Notes under the pieces: model-generated
The model's input: the letters and a program-made list of their open reading frames with translations, nothing else
What the model was told of the DNA's origin: nothing
Databases searched by the model: none
Program-made: the position numbers and the translations under genes
Sequence record: SRR22947727_339
Direction: 5' to 3' (one strand)
Length of the DNA: 64,000 nucleotides
Shown here: piece by piece, positions 10,450 to 20,129 of the stretch
How the letters are laid out: the number at the start of each line of letters is the position of its first letter
Position numbering within the stretch: the first letter of the stretch is position 1

Positions 10450-11571
10450 TTAACTGCGCATTCTTTTACCCTTGGGATCAAAAAACGAATAACCTTTTAA
10501 GACCTCGGCTCCGACAATTCCGTCTTCGGTCTTTATGCGAACTTTCCCGTCTGTGATCAGATTTTTGTGGTTCTTAGCAAAGGAAATCCCAATAGTTTTA
10601 TCCAATATGTGACTGTAGTGCACAGACGGCATTTTTCCGACTTCTTCGTCGCCGGCCATCATTATTCCGGCAGGCGAAATGGCACACTTTCCTTGGGTTT
10701 GAAAGCGCACAAGCCGTCTCTCTGGCGTATTGTTTTCAAGGGCCTTTAAGGCATCTTCGCCGACAAACCCTGTGTGACCGCGGTCCCAGGTAAAACTCAT
10801 TCCGGCTTCGAATAAATTGGCTGTCCCATCAATATCATGGCCGGGAATGATATGACCTTTTTCCAGACGTAATACTGACATACCCATGATAGCGGTGGGT
10901 TTTGCGCCGTAAAGTTCGCCCGCACCGCGGAGTTTGTTCCAAATTTTCACGGCCTCACCTGATGGAACGTGGAGTTCAAATCCTAATTCACCCAAGAATC
11001 CGATCCGCAAGACCCGGCAGGGAACATTCGCGATGTCCATGTCTTTGATACGCATAAAGCGAAAGGCATCTTTGGAAATATCGCCCTCGGTGATGGCGCT
11101 TAGAATTTCCCGAGCTTTTGGCCCGGCTAGATTGATAGCGGCAAAGTCATGAGATTGGTCCGCGATTTGGTAATCGAAGCCGGCCTCGCTACAGTGTTTT
11201 GTGATCCAGTCTTGGAAGGTTGCACTACGGCCCGTACTTGTCATCAGATAAAATTCGTTGTCTGATCGGCGGCTGACCACGCCGTCGTCGATGCCGCAGC
11301 CATTTTCGTCAAGAAGGACAAAGTGCGTGACATGGCCAGGTTTCAGATCCTCCACACTTTTGGGGATGACACGCCCAATCGCTTTGGCCGCGTCTTTACC
11401 GGTAATGGAAAACTTCCCAAAACTTGAGCTGTCCATAATAATGGCGCTTTCGTGAGCTGTGGCGGCTTCCATTTCTGGATCGCCGAAAATAGCAATGCGT
11501 TCCCATTCTCCAAATGTTGCGGCAATGCCGCCAGCTTCCAACTGAATGTCGTGTAAAGGTGTTCGTTTCAT
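10450..11571 (-). CDS. GcvT-family (folate-binding) aminomethyltransferase-like protein, resembling the C-terminal domain of sarcosine oxidase alpha
   Basis: KRTPLH start, DSSSFGKF, IDDG, INLAGPKAREIL, RIGFLGELGFEL, LRLEKGH; start reset to ATG at 11571. Confidence 0.82.
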   Translation of the reverse strand: MKRTPLHDIQLEAGGIAATFGEWERIAIFGDPEMEAATAHESAIIMDSSSFGKFSITGKDAAKAIGRVIPKSVEDLKPGHVTHFVLLDENGCGIDDGVVSRRSDNEFYLMTSTGRSATFQDWITKHCSEAGFDYQIADQSHDFAAINLAGPKAREILSAITEGDISKDAFRFMRIKDMDIANVPCRVLRIGFLGELGFELHVPSGEAVKIWNKLRGAGELYGAKPTAIMGMSVLRLEKGHIIPGHDIDGTANLFEAGMSFTWDRGHTGFVGEDALKALENNTPERRLVRFQTQGKCAISPAGIMMAGDEEVGKMPSVHYSHILDKTIGISFAKNHKNLITDGKVRIKTEDGIVGAEVLKGYSFFDPKGKRMRS

Positions 11572-11728
11572 GACGGGTTCAATTCCTTTTCCAGTGAATA
11601 GGTCCTTTCTTTTAAGTCGATCAGCATTCAAGATAGAAAATCTCGCGATTGAATAAAACTCATAACGTAAAGATAAGTATTCAATTCGAAGAATTCTCAT
11701 ATCTGGGGTCACAACAAAGGGATGAAAT

Positions 11729-12814
11729 ATGAACGATTTTCTCACAGCTTTTTCAGACGACTATTTTGAAGCCCGAGATAAGTTTTTATTCGCCGCGCGT
11801 GTAGCGGGGGCCAAGGTCAAATCAGTTGCACATCCACTCCCGGCACCAAACGGTGAAACTATCCATATGGATATCGCTGAATATGGTCCGGATGACGCGC
11901 AAACCGGTGTGCTCATTGTTGCAGGTGTACATGGGCCGGAAGCCTACTGTGGTTCCGGCATTCAAATACAAATGCTACGCTCACCAGAAATCATGGCAAA
12001 ATATGCCGATGTGAAACTGATCTTTGTCCACGGCCATAATCCCTATGGATGGGCCTGGTGCCGCCGGGTTGACGAAAACAATATCGACATAAACCGCAAT
12101 TATGTCGATTTCAGTAAACCTTATTCGGTCAATAAGGACTACAAGCTGGTACAACATTTATTTATGCCGGATGATTTTGACGAAGCAGCCGAGCAGGCGA
12201 TCTATGACTGGATCGCGGAACATGGCCAGAAGAAATTCGCGACGACCGCTATGGTGGGGCAGCGTATCGATGAAAATGGTTTGTTTTACGGGGGACTTAG
12301 ACCGAGCTGGACAAATCAGACCTTCCGCAGAGAAGTGCTTCCGCTCCTCGCGCCTCAAAAAAAGGCCTTGCTGATTGACTTGCATACAGGGCTCGGGGAC
12401 TATGCTGACGGGATTATTCTACATGTTTATCCAAAAGACTCACCGCGCGCTAAGATGTTCAACAAATGGTATGACAACAAGGTTGACGGCGGCATGGACG
12501 TACTCGACAATGACAAGGTCGACTATGAAAATAGCGGCTCCACCGTGGCTTCATTTGAGAGTTTTTATCCGGACAAGGACACCTGCGCCATGGTCGTGGA
12601 GTACGGCACTGGCGATCTATCCAAAATACTGATGGCACTGATCAAGGACAATTGGCTACATGTGAAAGGTGATCTGGACAGCGCGAAGGGCAAGGCGATC
12701 AAGAAAGAGCTCTTGCACATGCTCTATCCCAATACGGAAGAGTGGAAGACCGGTGTGTGGAAGCATGCTTCCTGGGTGCTTGATAAAACGGCCGAACATA
12801 TCGGGGCGCTTTAG
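11729..12814 (+). CDS. M14-family Zn-carboxypeptidase-like protein (DUF2817), paralogue 2
   Basis: FSDDYFEARDKFL, AGVHGPE, NPYG, IDINRN, IDLHTGLG, VEYGT; collinear with 9310..10398. Confidence 0.8.
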   Translation: MNDFLTAFSDDYFEARDKFLFAARVAGAKVKSVAHPLPAPNGETIHMDIAEYGPDDAQTGVLIVAGVHGPEAYCGSGIQIQMLRSPEIMAKYADVKLIFVHGHNPYGWAWCRRVDENNIDINRNYVDFSKPYSVNKDYKLVQHLFMPDDFDEAAEQAIYDWIAEHGQKKFATTAMVGQRIDENGLFYGGLRPSWTNQTFRREVLPLLAPQKKALLIDLHTGLGDYADGIILHVYPKDSPRAKMFNKWYDNKVDGGMDVLDNDKVDYENSGSTVASFESFYPDKDTCAMVVEYGTGDLSKILMALIKDNWLHVKGDLDSAKGKAIKKELLHMLYPNTEEWKTGVWKHASWVLDKTAEHIGAL

Positions 12815-13251
12815 GGCCGGCGTTTCACCAAACTGCTACAGGACAGCGTCGCCAGGATTTCGTTTTTCTGATTATAGACTTTATAGCCGATTTTGAGAAC
12901 GCCGCGATCAGGTTTAGAGCGTGACGGCGTCACCTCTAAAATTTCAGACACCAGATACATGTCATCGTCAGGGCGAAGCGGCGTAATAAGGCGAACCTTT
13001 TCGTATTCCAGCCCGCATATATAGGCGATGTCGCCATTAATCTCATCATCGAGCTTGCGCCAATAGGCCAGCGTATGGGTGCCGGACGCGATCAGTCCGC
13101 CAAATTGTGTGGCTTTGGCGGCTTCTTCATCGATGTGAAAAGGTTGTGGATCGAAAAAACTGGCAAATTTGATGATCTCCTCCTTGCTCACTCTCACCGA
13201 AGCCGAGGTTCGTTTTTCACCGATTTCAATATCTTCCAGATAGCGGGTCAT
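12811..13251 (-). CDS. MaoC-family (R)-hydratase/dehydratase
   Basis: YLEDIEIGE, FDPQPFHIDEEAAK, FGGLIASGTHT hydratase motif. Confidence 0.88.
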   Translation of the reverse strand: MTRYLEDIEIGEKRTSASVRVSKEEIIKFASFFDPQPFHIDEEAAKATQFGGLIASGTHTLAYWRKLDDEINGDIAYICGLEYEKVRLITPLRPDDDMYLVSEILEVTPSRSKPDRGVLKIGYKVYNQKNEILATLSCSSLVKRRP

Positions 13252-13355
13252 AATTTCGGCTCTAATCTACTCACTTATAAAATGCATTAATTGCATACTG
13301 CCTCACTGGCTTTAATCTGTTATATACGGATAACATAGAAGAAAGGACTCATGAC

Positions 13356-14531
13356 TTGGATTACGCCCTAAATGACGAACAGAACATGCTGGTCGAAACA
13401 TCACTTGCACTCGGCGGAGAATTTGGACCGGACTATTGGCGGGAAAAAGATGACGGGGGCGAGTATCCGACTGAATTTTTTAAAGCCATGGGTAAACATG
13501 GGTTTTATTCTCTTGGCCTTCCAGAAGAACACGGTGGAACGCCGGCCGGTATCACAGAGATCGCTTTGGCGATGGAAGCGCTTTGCCGAGGCGGAGCCGG
13601 GGGCGGACCGGCGCTGGGCTATTTGTTTGGGACGCTCGGAGCCAATATTATCAAATCTCACGGCGACGGCGCGCAAAAGGCGGCCTATCTACCGGACATG
13701 GCGAAGGGGCAAAAGATGTGTGCCTTTGGCCTGTCAGAGCCCGATGCCGGCACCAATACGCTCAATATCAAAACCTATGCCCGGCGCGACGGGGACGACT
13801 ATGTCATTAACGGCGCGAAATGGTATTCGACCAATATCGAGCGCTCCGACGCCATTGTTCTAGTCGCGCGCACGACCAAGCTTGAGAATGCCGAACGCCG
13901 CTCTGACGGGATTTCATTGTTTTTAATCGATCTGCCTAATCCAGGCATTACCTACACGCCGATCGAAAAGCACGGCTTTCGCTATTACAAATCCAATTCA
14001 GTATTCCTCGATAATGTGCGGATCCCGGCCAGTAACCTGATCGGTAAAGAAGGTGCGGGCTTTGGACAGCTTTTAGGTACGCTCAATCCAGAACGCATAT
14101 TGGTGGCCGCTGGCGCAATCGGGGTCGGGCGTCTCGCGATCAAAACGGCGGTAGATTATGCCAATGACCGAAGTGTCTTCGGTCAGCCTATTGGCGGGCA
14201 TCAGGCCGTTCAGCACCCGCTCGCCGCAGCCTATGCCAAGCTCGAATCTGCTTGGGACACCGTCAAGCGCGCTGCATGGATGCTTGATGGCGGTGCCCCA
14301 TCTGTTGCAGTTGGATCAGTTTCCAATATGGCAAAATACTTGGCCGTCGAAGCGGCAATTGAAGCCTGTTCTGCTGCCGTGCAGACTCACGGGGGCAATG
14401 GCTATGCCCGCGAATATCATGTTGAGCGCTGGCTACGAGAAACACAGCTTTTTCGTCTTGCGCCGGTGACGCAACAAATGACGCTCAATTTTATCGGTGA
14501 GCATGTTTTGGGCATGCCGCGAAGCTATTAA
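13356..14531 (+). CDS. Acyl-CoA dehydrogenase
   Basis: FGLSEPDAGTN, INGAKWY, LNPERILVAA, VFGQPIG, QTHGGNGYAREY; TTG start 8 nt after AAGGA. Confidence 0.9.
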   Translation: MDYALNDEQNMLVETSLALGGEFGPDYWREKDDGGEYPTEFFKAMGKHGFYSLGLPEEHGGTPAGITEIALAMEALCRGGAGGGPALGYLFGTLGANIIKSHGDGAQKAAYLPDMAKGQKMCAFGLSEPDAGTNTLNIKTYARRDGDDYVINGAKWYSTNIERSDAIVLVARTTKLENAERRSDGISLFLIDLPNPGITYTPIEKHGFRYYKSNSVFLDNVRIPASNLIGKEGAGFGQLLGTLNPERILVAAGAIGVGRLAIKTAVDYANDRSVFGQPIGGHQAVQHPLAAAYAKLESAWDTVKRAAWMLDGGAPSVAVGSVSNMAKYLAVEAAIEACSAAVQTHGGNGYAREYHVERWLRETQLFRLAPVTQQMTLNFIGEHVLGMPRSY

Positions 14532-14555
14532 GCCTCGCCTGTTGAGTGACTAAGG

Positions 14556-15884
14556 CTATGCGATGGCATCGGTTTTTCGAGGCAAGAAGATAATAATGAA
14601 GCCGGCAATTAATGAGCCTCCGGCCATGATGATAGCTACAAGTTTGAGGTCCAGGCCTGCAGTAAATAAGAGACCTGGTATAAACGGGCCTAATACAGCT
14701 CCCCCTCTACCAATGCCGAGTACAAATCCTGACCCTGAACTTAATAGAGATGCTGGATAAGAGGCGACAAAAAGGCCGAAGAATCCTGAAATGGCTCCGA
14801 AAATAGCCACACCTGTAGCAAAGCCAACAATTTTCATATTCACAAGTGATCCAACGAAATAAGGGAAAAGAGCAACGCCAGCGGCCGAAGCTAATAAAGT
14901 GATCATCATAAGAGGCTTTACTGGAACAAGGCGGGCGATGAAGCCTACACCAATTGAACCGAAAACGCCGCCTAAGCTGATAATGCCCAAAACCATCGTG
15001 GCTTCAGATTTAGTATAGCCAAGGTCGGTGACAATTGTTGGTAGCCATTTTACAAAATAATAATAGGTACCAATATTCCCAAAATAAGCAAGCATAAGAA
15101 TGATTGTGACGAGCGCGGTTTGAGGCTTGAATAATGTAATGGGCGAAATTTTTTCTGCAGTATTTTGCGGAACAGGACCTAACGTATCAACAGGCTTATG
15201 ACCGATTTTCTGGAGTATAGCTTGAACCTTTTCAAGCGCACCTGTCGGACGTTTTCGGTTTAAATAGGAAATTGTTTCTGGGACGAAGACATACACAATC
15301 GGAATAAATAGTAAGCTCATTACGGCGCCAAGATGAAAAGTGATACGCCAATCATATTGTTTTAAAAGCGGTGCTAAAAAAGTTGCACCCAGATATATCC
15401 CAAAAGAATATCCGCCTGCAACCAGAATAACAGCGAGCGAGCGATTTTTATTGTTGCAAAACTCAGCCGCCGTTGTGGTGGCCGTCGCAAGTATTCCGCC
15501 TACGCCTATTCCAGTAATAATACGCCCTATCCCTAAGAGATAGACGTTAGGGGCAATTGCGGCTGCAAACATTCCAATAGTGACAAGTACCAGCGCAAAC
15601 AGGGTTGTCAGTTTTCTACCCATATTATCAGAAAATGAACCGAGACCAATCGACCCAAATGCCATGCCTAATAATTCCATCGGCAATATGACTCCCAGTG
15701 CGGCTTTACTGAGGCCCCATTCTTCAGTCATTCCAGGCGCTGCAAAACTTATTGAAAGTACGTCATATCCATCCAGGGCCAGAAGGCCCAAACAAATCAA
15801 GACAATCAACCACTGCGAAGCAGTCATCCTGCCTGTGTGGACAGCGTTAAGCGGGTTATTCGTACTGGTTTTTTCGTTATTCAT
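14556..15884 (-). CDS. MFS aromatic acid:H+ symporter (AAHS, PcaK/BenK-like)
   Basis: LDGYD in TM1 (AAHS signature), GSFSDNMGRK, GRIITGIGVGG, PET, GIGRGGAVLGP. Confidence 0.82.
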   Translation of the reverse strand: MNNEKTSTNNPLNAVHTGRMTASQWLIVLICLGLLALDGYDVLSISFAAPGMTEEWGLSKAALGVILPMELLGMAFGSIGLGSFSDNMGRKLTTLFALVLVTIGMFAAAIAPNVYLLGIGRIITGIGVGGILATATTTAAEFCNNKNRSLAVILVAGGYSFGIYLGATFLAPLLKQYDWRITFHLGAVMSLLFIPIVYVFVPETISYLNRKRPTGALEKVQAILQKIGHKPVDTLGPVPQNTAEKISPITLFKPQTALVTIILMLAYFGNIGTYYYFVKWLPTIVTDLGYTKSEATMVLGIISLGGVFGSIGVGFIARLVPVKPLMMITLLASAAGVALFPYFVGSLVNMKIVGFATGVAIFGAISGFFGLFVASYPASLLSSGSGFVLGIGRGGAVLGPFIPGLLFTAGLDLKLVAIIMAGGSLIAGFIIIFLPRKTDAIA

Positions 15885-15991
15885 TTAGTAATCCCTTACA
15901 TCTCGTCAAGTGCTCTAAGCTGCTTCTGGAATAAACTGTAGGTAATATCGGCAAAAGATTGGTGTGTTAAGAGGTTTTGGAACCCCCTATT

Positions 15992-17083
15992 TTATTGAAT
16001 GAATTGAGCGCGAAATTCCGTTGGGGTTTGTTCCGTCCATTTTTTGAAAGCACGTGAGAAGTTAGAAAAATCTGAGAAACCTAACAAGAATGCGACGTCA
16101 CCAACATTGTAACGCTCCTGACGTAAATATTGAGTCGCCAGTTTCAACCGTGTTTCATCGAGCAAATCCTGGTATGACGTACCGCCTTCAGACAATTTAT
16201 TATGAAAGGCTCTTACAGAAAATCCTAAAGCCTTTGCGACTGTAGCTTTACTATATTCACCCGTGGGCAGAAGTTCTAAAAGCTTATGACGTACTCTCAT
16301 CGGGACATCTGCTTTCGCCATGCGAGCTAAAATACCGAGGATGACCTCATCATTTTGTTGCGCAAGTCCTGCATTGGCTGTGGGTAGCGGGTGCTCCATG
16401 TCTTCTGGATGAAAATGCAAGGCGTACTTATTTGTGTTGTAGTCAATCGGGCAGTCAAAATATTCTTCTAGTCCGTTCTTGAAAGCTGGGCTCATTTCAA
16501 TATCGACTATTTTTATCAAGTTGGGTCTGAACTTTGGCCCATGCATTAACTCAATCATCCGGTTGATCCAGATGAGGCTCCCAACGGAAAACATCATATT
16601 TATGTAATCATCAGAGGTATTTCTTCTCTGCTGCACAATGAGGTGCGGACCCTCGGCATTATCAACAAACTCTATGCCATCTGCGGTCGAAATAAATGAC
16701 CAATAACGTTCGAATCGCTCGAGGAATTTACGGATGGTTCGACTGGAAAATAAGGCAAAGCCAAGAGCATTAAAGCACGAAGGTTGGATGAACTTTGCAG
16801 TGGTAAATATAAAGTTTTCATCTCCACTTGCCCGGATACTCTCTTTTAAGAGAGACGCATATTGTTGTCCGGAAATGCGAGATTCAGGTGTGTTCAAGTT
16901 GGAGTATGTAATGCCAGATTTTTCAAATACAGCGTCTGCATCTACGCCATATGTGCTGAGAGTCTGATGAATAATAATCGTCATTCCCCCAAAATGTGAG
17001 GGTACAGCATTTCTGATGATATGTGTTTCTTTTGACAAATAGGTTACATTATATGACTGATTCTTATTGCCGAATATAACCAA
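15992..17083 (-). CDS. AraC-family transcriptional regulator (OruR-like N-terminal domain)
   Basis: C-terminal double HTH (SYQDLLDETRLKLATQYL...VAFLLGFSDFSNFSRAFKKWT); true start uncertain. Confidence 0.85.
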   Translation of the reverse strand: MVIFGNKNQSYNVTYLSKETHIIRNAVPSHFGGMTIIIHQTLSTYGVDADAVFEKSGITYSNLNTPESRISGQQYASLLKESIRASGDENFIFTTAKFIQPSCFNALGFALFSSRTIRKFLERFERYWSFISTADGIEFVDNAEGPHLIVQQRRNTSDDYINMMFSVGSLIWINRMIELMHGPKFRPNLIKIVDIEMSPAFKNGLEEYFDCPIDYNTNKYALHFHPEDMEHPLPTANAGLAQQNDEVILGILARMAKADVPMRVRHKLLELLPTGEYSKATVAKALGFSVRAFHNKLSEGGTSYQDLLDETRLKLATQYLRQERYNVGDVAFLLGFSDFSNFSRAFKKWTEQTPTEFRAQFIQ

Positions 17084-17124
17084 TTATTGGGGCTTGTGAA
17101 GCCGTTATTTCTCGTTAAAATAAA

Positions 17125-17790
17125 GTGATGAAGCCCGTATCTAAACGCAGAAGTAATAAATTACGCCGCACAGAAAGTACGCACGCCGTTGAGAAAGCTG
17201 CCTGTCGTTTGTTTGTGGAGCGAGGATTTCGATCCACCTCAATGGATCTTATTGCCCGCGAAGTGGGGATGACTAAAGGTGCAATTTACTTTTATTATAA
17301 AGATAAGAATGCACTATTGCTGCATATTTTAAAGCAATCCCAGTCAGAATTTTCTGGGAAAATCTTCTCTGCGATAGATGATAAATCAGGCGCACCATCA
17401 GACCAAATAGATATTTTCCTTGATACCATCATTTGGGTTGGGGGTGAACTGGATCAATATCTTTTGCTATTGCCAGTCGTGATGGCCACTGAGTTCAAGG
17501 GCCGTGGGGATGACGTGGAAACAGCCGTAAAAGACATATATGAGCAGATGTATCAAAAATTGTCTGATGTTATTATCTCGGGTCAAAATAACGGGGAATT
17601 TGGATCAGAGCTACCCACGCGTTCATTGGCAACCATGATTGTCGCTTTGACGGATGGATTGCTGCTGGAAATTTATAGGCAATCAAGCGCTGTTTCAGGG
17701 AAAGAAATTGGGCGCGCTGCCCGCGTGATGGTGACCAATTTACTAGAAACAACCAATGGCGTTAAAGCGCCTACCAATACCTTAGAATAA
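17125..17790 (+). CDS. TetR/AcrR-family transcriptional regulator
   Basis: LFVERGFRSTSMDLIAREVGMTKGAIYFYYKDK HTH. Confidence 0.9.
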   Translation: MMKPVSKRRSNKLRRTESTHAVEKAACRLFVERGFRSTSMDLIAREVGMTKGAIYFYYKDKNALLLHILKQSQSEFSGKIFSAIDDKSGAPSDQIDIFLDTIIWVGGELDQYLLLLPVVMATEFKGRGDDVETAVKDIYEQMYQKLSDVIISGQNNGEFGSELPTRSLATMIVALTDGLLLEIYRQSSAVSGKEIGRAARVMVTNLLETTNGVKAPTNTLE

Positions 17791-18259
17791 ATCTTGCATC
17801 TGCAAGATGGTCACGCGTTTCCACATCATCAAAAGAGACATCATAATCAACTTCAATGCCCTTCCTGCGAGGTTTTACTGAGGTGATGGTTGAGGTCAGG
17901 TCAATTCTAGTACCCATATAAATAGGTCGGTAGATTTGAATATGTTCAATTTTTTTGACTAAAATATGTGGGACGTTTTGCATTTCGATGTGATCCCAAA
18001 ATACTTGAGGGTATAAGGACGGGATAAATAGTCCTGGCGTAATAAGTCCCTCTAGGCCCGATTTTCGACTACCTGCTATATCCCAATGCACCCATTCTTG
18101 GTTATTCACAGAAAGGCAATATTGCTGCATTTTCTCAGTCGTAATCTCTATTGGGTAAGAGGTGAATAAGGGTTTGTCCAAATGCTTTGCAAAGTCATCC
18201 AGACCGTTGATTTGAACTTTCTTTTTCATGGCCTTAACTAAGCATTGCATCATTCCCAT
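17771..18259 (-). CDS. Divergent MaoC/NodN-like hotdog-fold protein
   Basis: NNQEWVHWD...GLITPGLF resembles the MaoC DxxxxH...GxIAHG motif in degenerate form; start uncertain (possibly MKKKVQ). Confidence 0.6.
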   Translation of the reverse strand: MGMMQCLVKAMKKKVQINGLDDFAKHLDKPLFTSYPIEITTEKMQQYCLSVNNQEWVHWDIAGSRKSGLEGLITPGLFIPSLYPQVFWDHIEMQNVPHILVKKIEHIQIYRPIYMGTRIDLTSTITSVKPRRKGIEVDYDVSFDDVETRDHLADARFILRYW

Positions 18260-18325
18260 TGTAAAGCCCGTATTTTAAAAGTCAAAAGTTTTGCCTGATA
18301 TGCATTTCGCCGCAGGATAGTTCTA

Positions 18326-18364
18326 TTGACCTTTTTGAGTCTAAAACATACTTTAAGGTCAGTA
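18326..18364 (+). promoter_or_regulatory. Candidate sigma70 promoter/operator upstream of the paaA-like gene
   Basis: TTGACC (18326) N17 TACTTT; overlaps inverted repeat TGACCTT...AAGGTCA. Confidence 0.35.
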
Positions 18365-18383
18365 ATTGAACGGCGAGGTCAAA

Positions 18384-19340
18384 ATGGCAGAAGAAATGAA
18401 CGTCATGGTGGAAGCATCTAGTGACATTGAGGCGCAGCAGATCGAACGTATCGAAGCTGGCGAATTGTTTGAAAATGTAGAGGATTTATCTCCGGGTTAC
18501 CGAGAAGCATTGAAGCAAGTCATTCATATTGCTGCCATAAGCGAGGTTACTGTTTTGACATGGGCTCATACGGCCTATGATACGGCGCCTGACATCGGCG
18601 CAAAAATAGCGGTCTGTGCGACAATCCAAGATGAAGTCGGCCATGCTCATCAGCAGGGCCTTTTGGCTGAACGCTTTGATGTTGATATTCATGAGGGCAC
18701 GTTTCACGATGATATCGCCAAGATTTTCACATGGCCGATTATGGAAGTGCCAATTCGCAACTATGTCGAGTTCGTTGTCGCACAATGTCTTTTGGATAGA
18801 GCTGGACTTCACTGGACAAAAGATATCGAACTCCATTCAAGTTTTGCGCCCTATCGGCGAACTTTACGCAAGGTGAATTTTGAAGAAGGATTCCATATGC
18901 GGCATGGCGCACATTGGACGGAGTATTATTGGAACAAATCTGAGGAAACGAAGGCGGCCGTGCAAGAAGCTTTTGATTGGCTGTTCCCGCATGGCGTGAT
19001 GTGGTTTGGCAAACCCGATGATTTGAAATCACGCCCAGCGATGTTGCAATATCAAATCCGGAAATGGACGAACGATTTCATGCGAGAAAAGTGGTTGCAA
19101 TCAGCGTGTGCCTTTGCGGCCAAACACGGCATTAAAGTCCCAGCCGAGTATGATGAAGACCAGAAGAAATGGGTGCTAACTATGCCTTATCCCATGCTTT
19201 ACGATGCCGAAAACTACAGCTGGTCGCAGGAGCAATGTACCCAAAAGGAATATTGGTCAAATGCGCGAAAAGGCGGGCCAATGCGCCCAGAAGCCTATGA
19301 AAGGTTACGCCGTGAAGAATGGGGTGAAAAGCTATGGTAG
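18384..19340 (+). CDS. PaaA-like di-iron ring-epoxidase catalytic subunit (divergent)
   Basis: Ferritin-like ligand set SE...QDEVGH...LD...EEGFH, plus SFAPY, WFG, TND; ATG at 18384 behind GAGG. Confidence 0.8.
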   Translation: MAEEMNVMVEASSDIEAQQIERIEAGELFENVEDLSPGYREALKQVIHIAAISEVTVLTWAHTAYDTAPDIGAKIAVCATIQDEVGHAHQQGLLAERFDVDIHEGTFHDDIAKIFTWPIMEVPIRNYVEFVVAQCLLDRAGLHWTKDIELHSSFAPYRRTLRKVNFEEGFHMRHGAHWTEYYWNKSEETKAAVQEAFDWLFPHGVMWFGKPDDLKSRPAMLQYQIRKWTNDFMREKWLQSACAFAAKHGIKVPAEYDEDQKKWVLTMPYPMLYDAENYSWSQEQCTQKEYWSNARKGGPMRPEAYERLRREEWGEKLW

Positions 19341-19651
19341 CTCTCGCTGAACAAGTTTCTCATGCACTCGATCAAGTTCTCGACCCACATTTTAAAGTCG
19401 GGCTTAACGATATGGGCATGGTCACAGACATTGACCTAAAAGATAATGGCCAAGTCGAGCTAGGTATGCGTTGTCCTTGTATCGGCTGTCCTGCGTGGAA
19501 AATGATGCAACACAATGTGAAATCCAAAGTGAGTGAAATTGACGGTATTGAGAGCGTCAAAATTCGTGTGGATTGGGAGAAACCTTGGACCAGAGATGAT
19601 ATGAGCGAGGCGGCGCGTAGCAAAGCCCAATCTCATGGATACGTCATTTAG
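19334..19651 (+). CDS. DUF59/FeS_assembly_P protein (PaaD N-terminal-like)
   Basis: LDQVLDP...LNDMGMV...CIGCPA...PWT DUF59 motifs. Confidence 0.8.
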   Translation: MVALAEQVSHALDQVLDPHFKVGLNDMGMVTDIDLKDNGQVELGMRCPCIGCPAWKMMQHNVKSKVSEIDGIESVKIRVDWEKPWTRDDMSEAARSKAQSHGYVI

Positions 19652-19659
19652 GAATTATT

Positions 19660-19899
19660 ATGGCTAAGATTAAACAAGCGAGAGCTGGGGATAGAACCTT
19701 TGAAGTTTTTGGACGTGACCACGCAGAGCGGCCCTTGCAGCATCTGGGAACCGTCCGTGCTGAAAACAAACAACTGGCGATTGCCCATGCGCGCTTTGTC
19801 TATTCTGAACGTTTATGGGTAGAGATGTGTCTCTCACCCACGGATAGTTTTTCAGGCTGTATGGGGGCTGGGCAAGACGGTATGGTAGGTATGGCATAG
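19660..19899 (+). CDS. PaaB-like small subunit
   Basis: FEVFGR...LQHLGTVRA...AIAHARFVYSER mirrors the PaaB pattern EVF...HVGSLHA...AR..Y.RR. Confidence 0.7.
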   Translation: MAKIKQARAGDRTFEVFGRDHAERPLQHLGTVRAENKQLAIAHARFVYSERLWVEMCLSPTDSFSGCMGAGQDGMVGMA

Positions 19900-20129
19900 T
19901 GGGAACGCCTAACAAAAATCCTAAAAAGACAGGTCCTCTGGAACGTTTTTCTTCGGAATTTAACCGCCACGTTGCGTGTGCTTGGTGCAGTTCTGAAAAC
20001 ACTAAAATCTCGAGCCCTTTTGGCGGCACCGTGTCAGAAATTATTTTTACATGCGGTGATTGCGGGGAGACCTTTGGCTGGATGAAATGGGAAAACCGGC
20101 GTAGTACAACAGAGCGGGAAAAATTATGA
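19899..20129 (+). CDS. Stand-alone PaaD C-terminal zinc-ribbon protein
   Basis: CAWCSSENTKISSPFGGT...CGDCGETFGWMK matches PaaD C-terminal CxxC.S..T...S.FG.T...CxxC.E.F...K. Confidence 0.72.
   Translation: MGTPNKNPKKTGPLERFSSEFNRHVACAWCSSENTKISSPFGGTVSEIIFTCGDCGETFGWMKWENRRSTTEREKL

Noticed and set aside
11572-11745. N-terminal extension of the GcvT-like ORF
   Set aside because: Overlaps the start of the 11729 gene; family similarity begins at MKRTPLH
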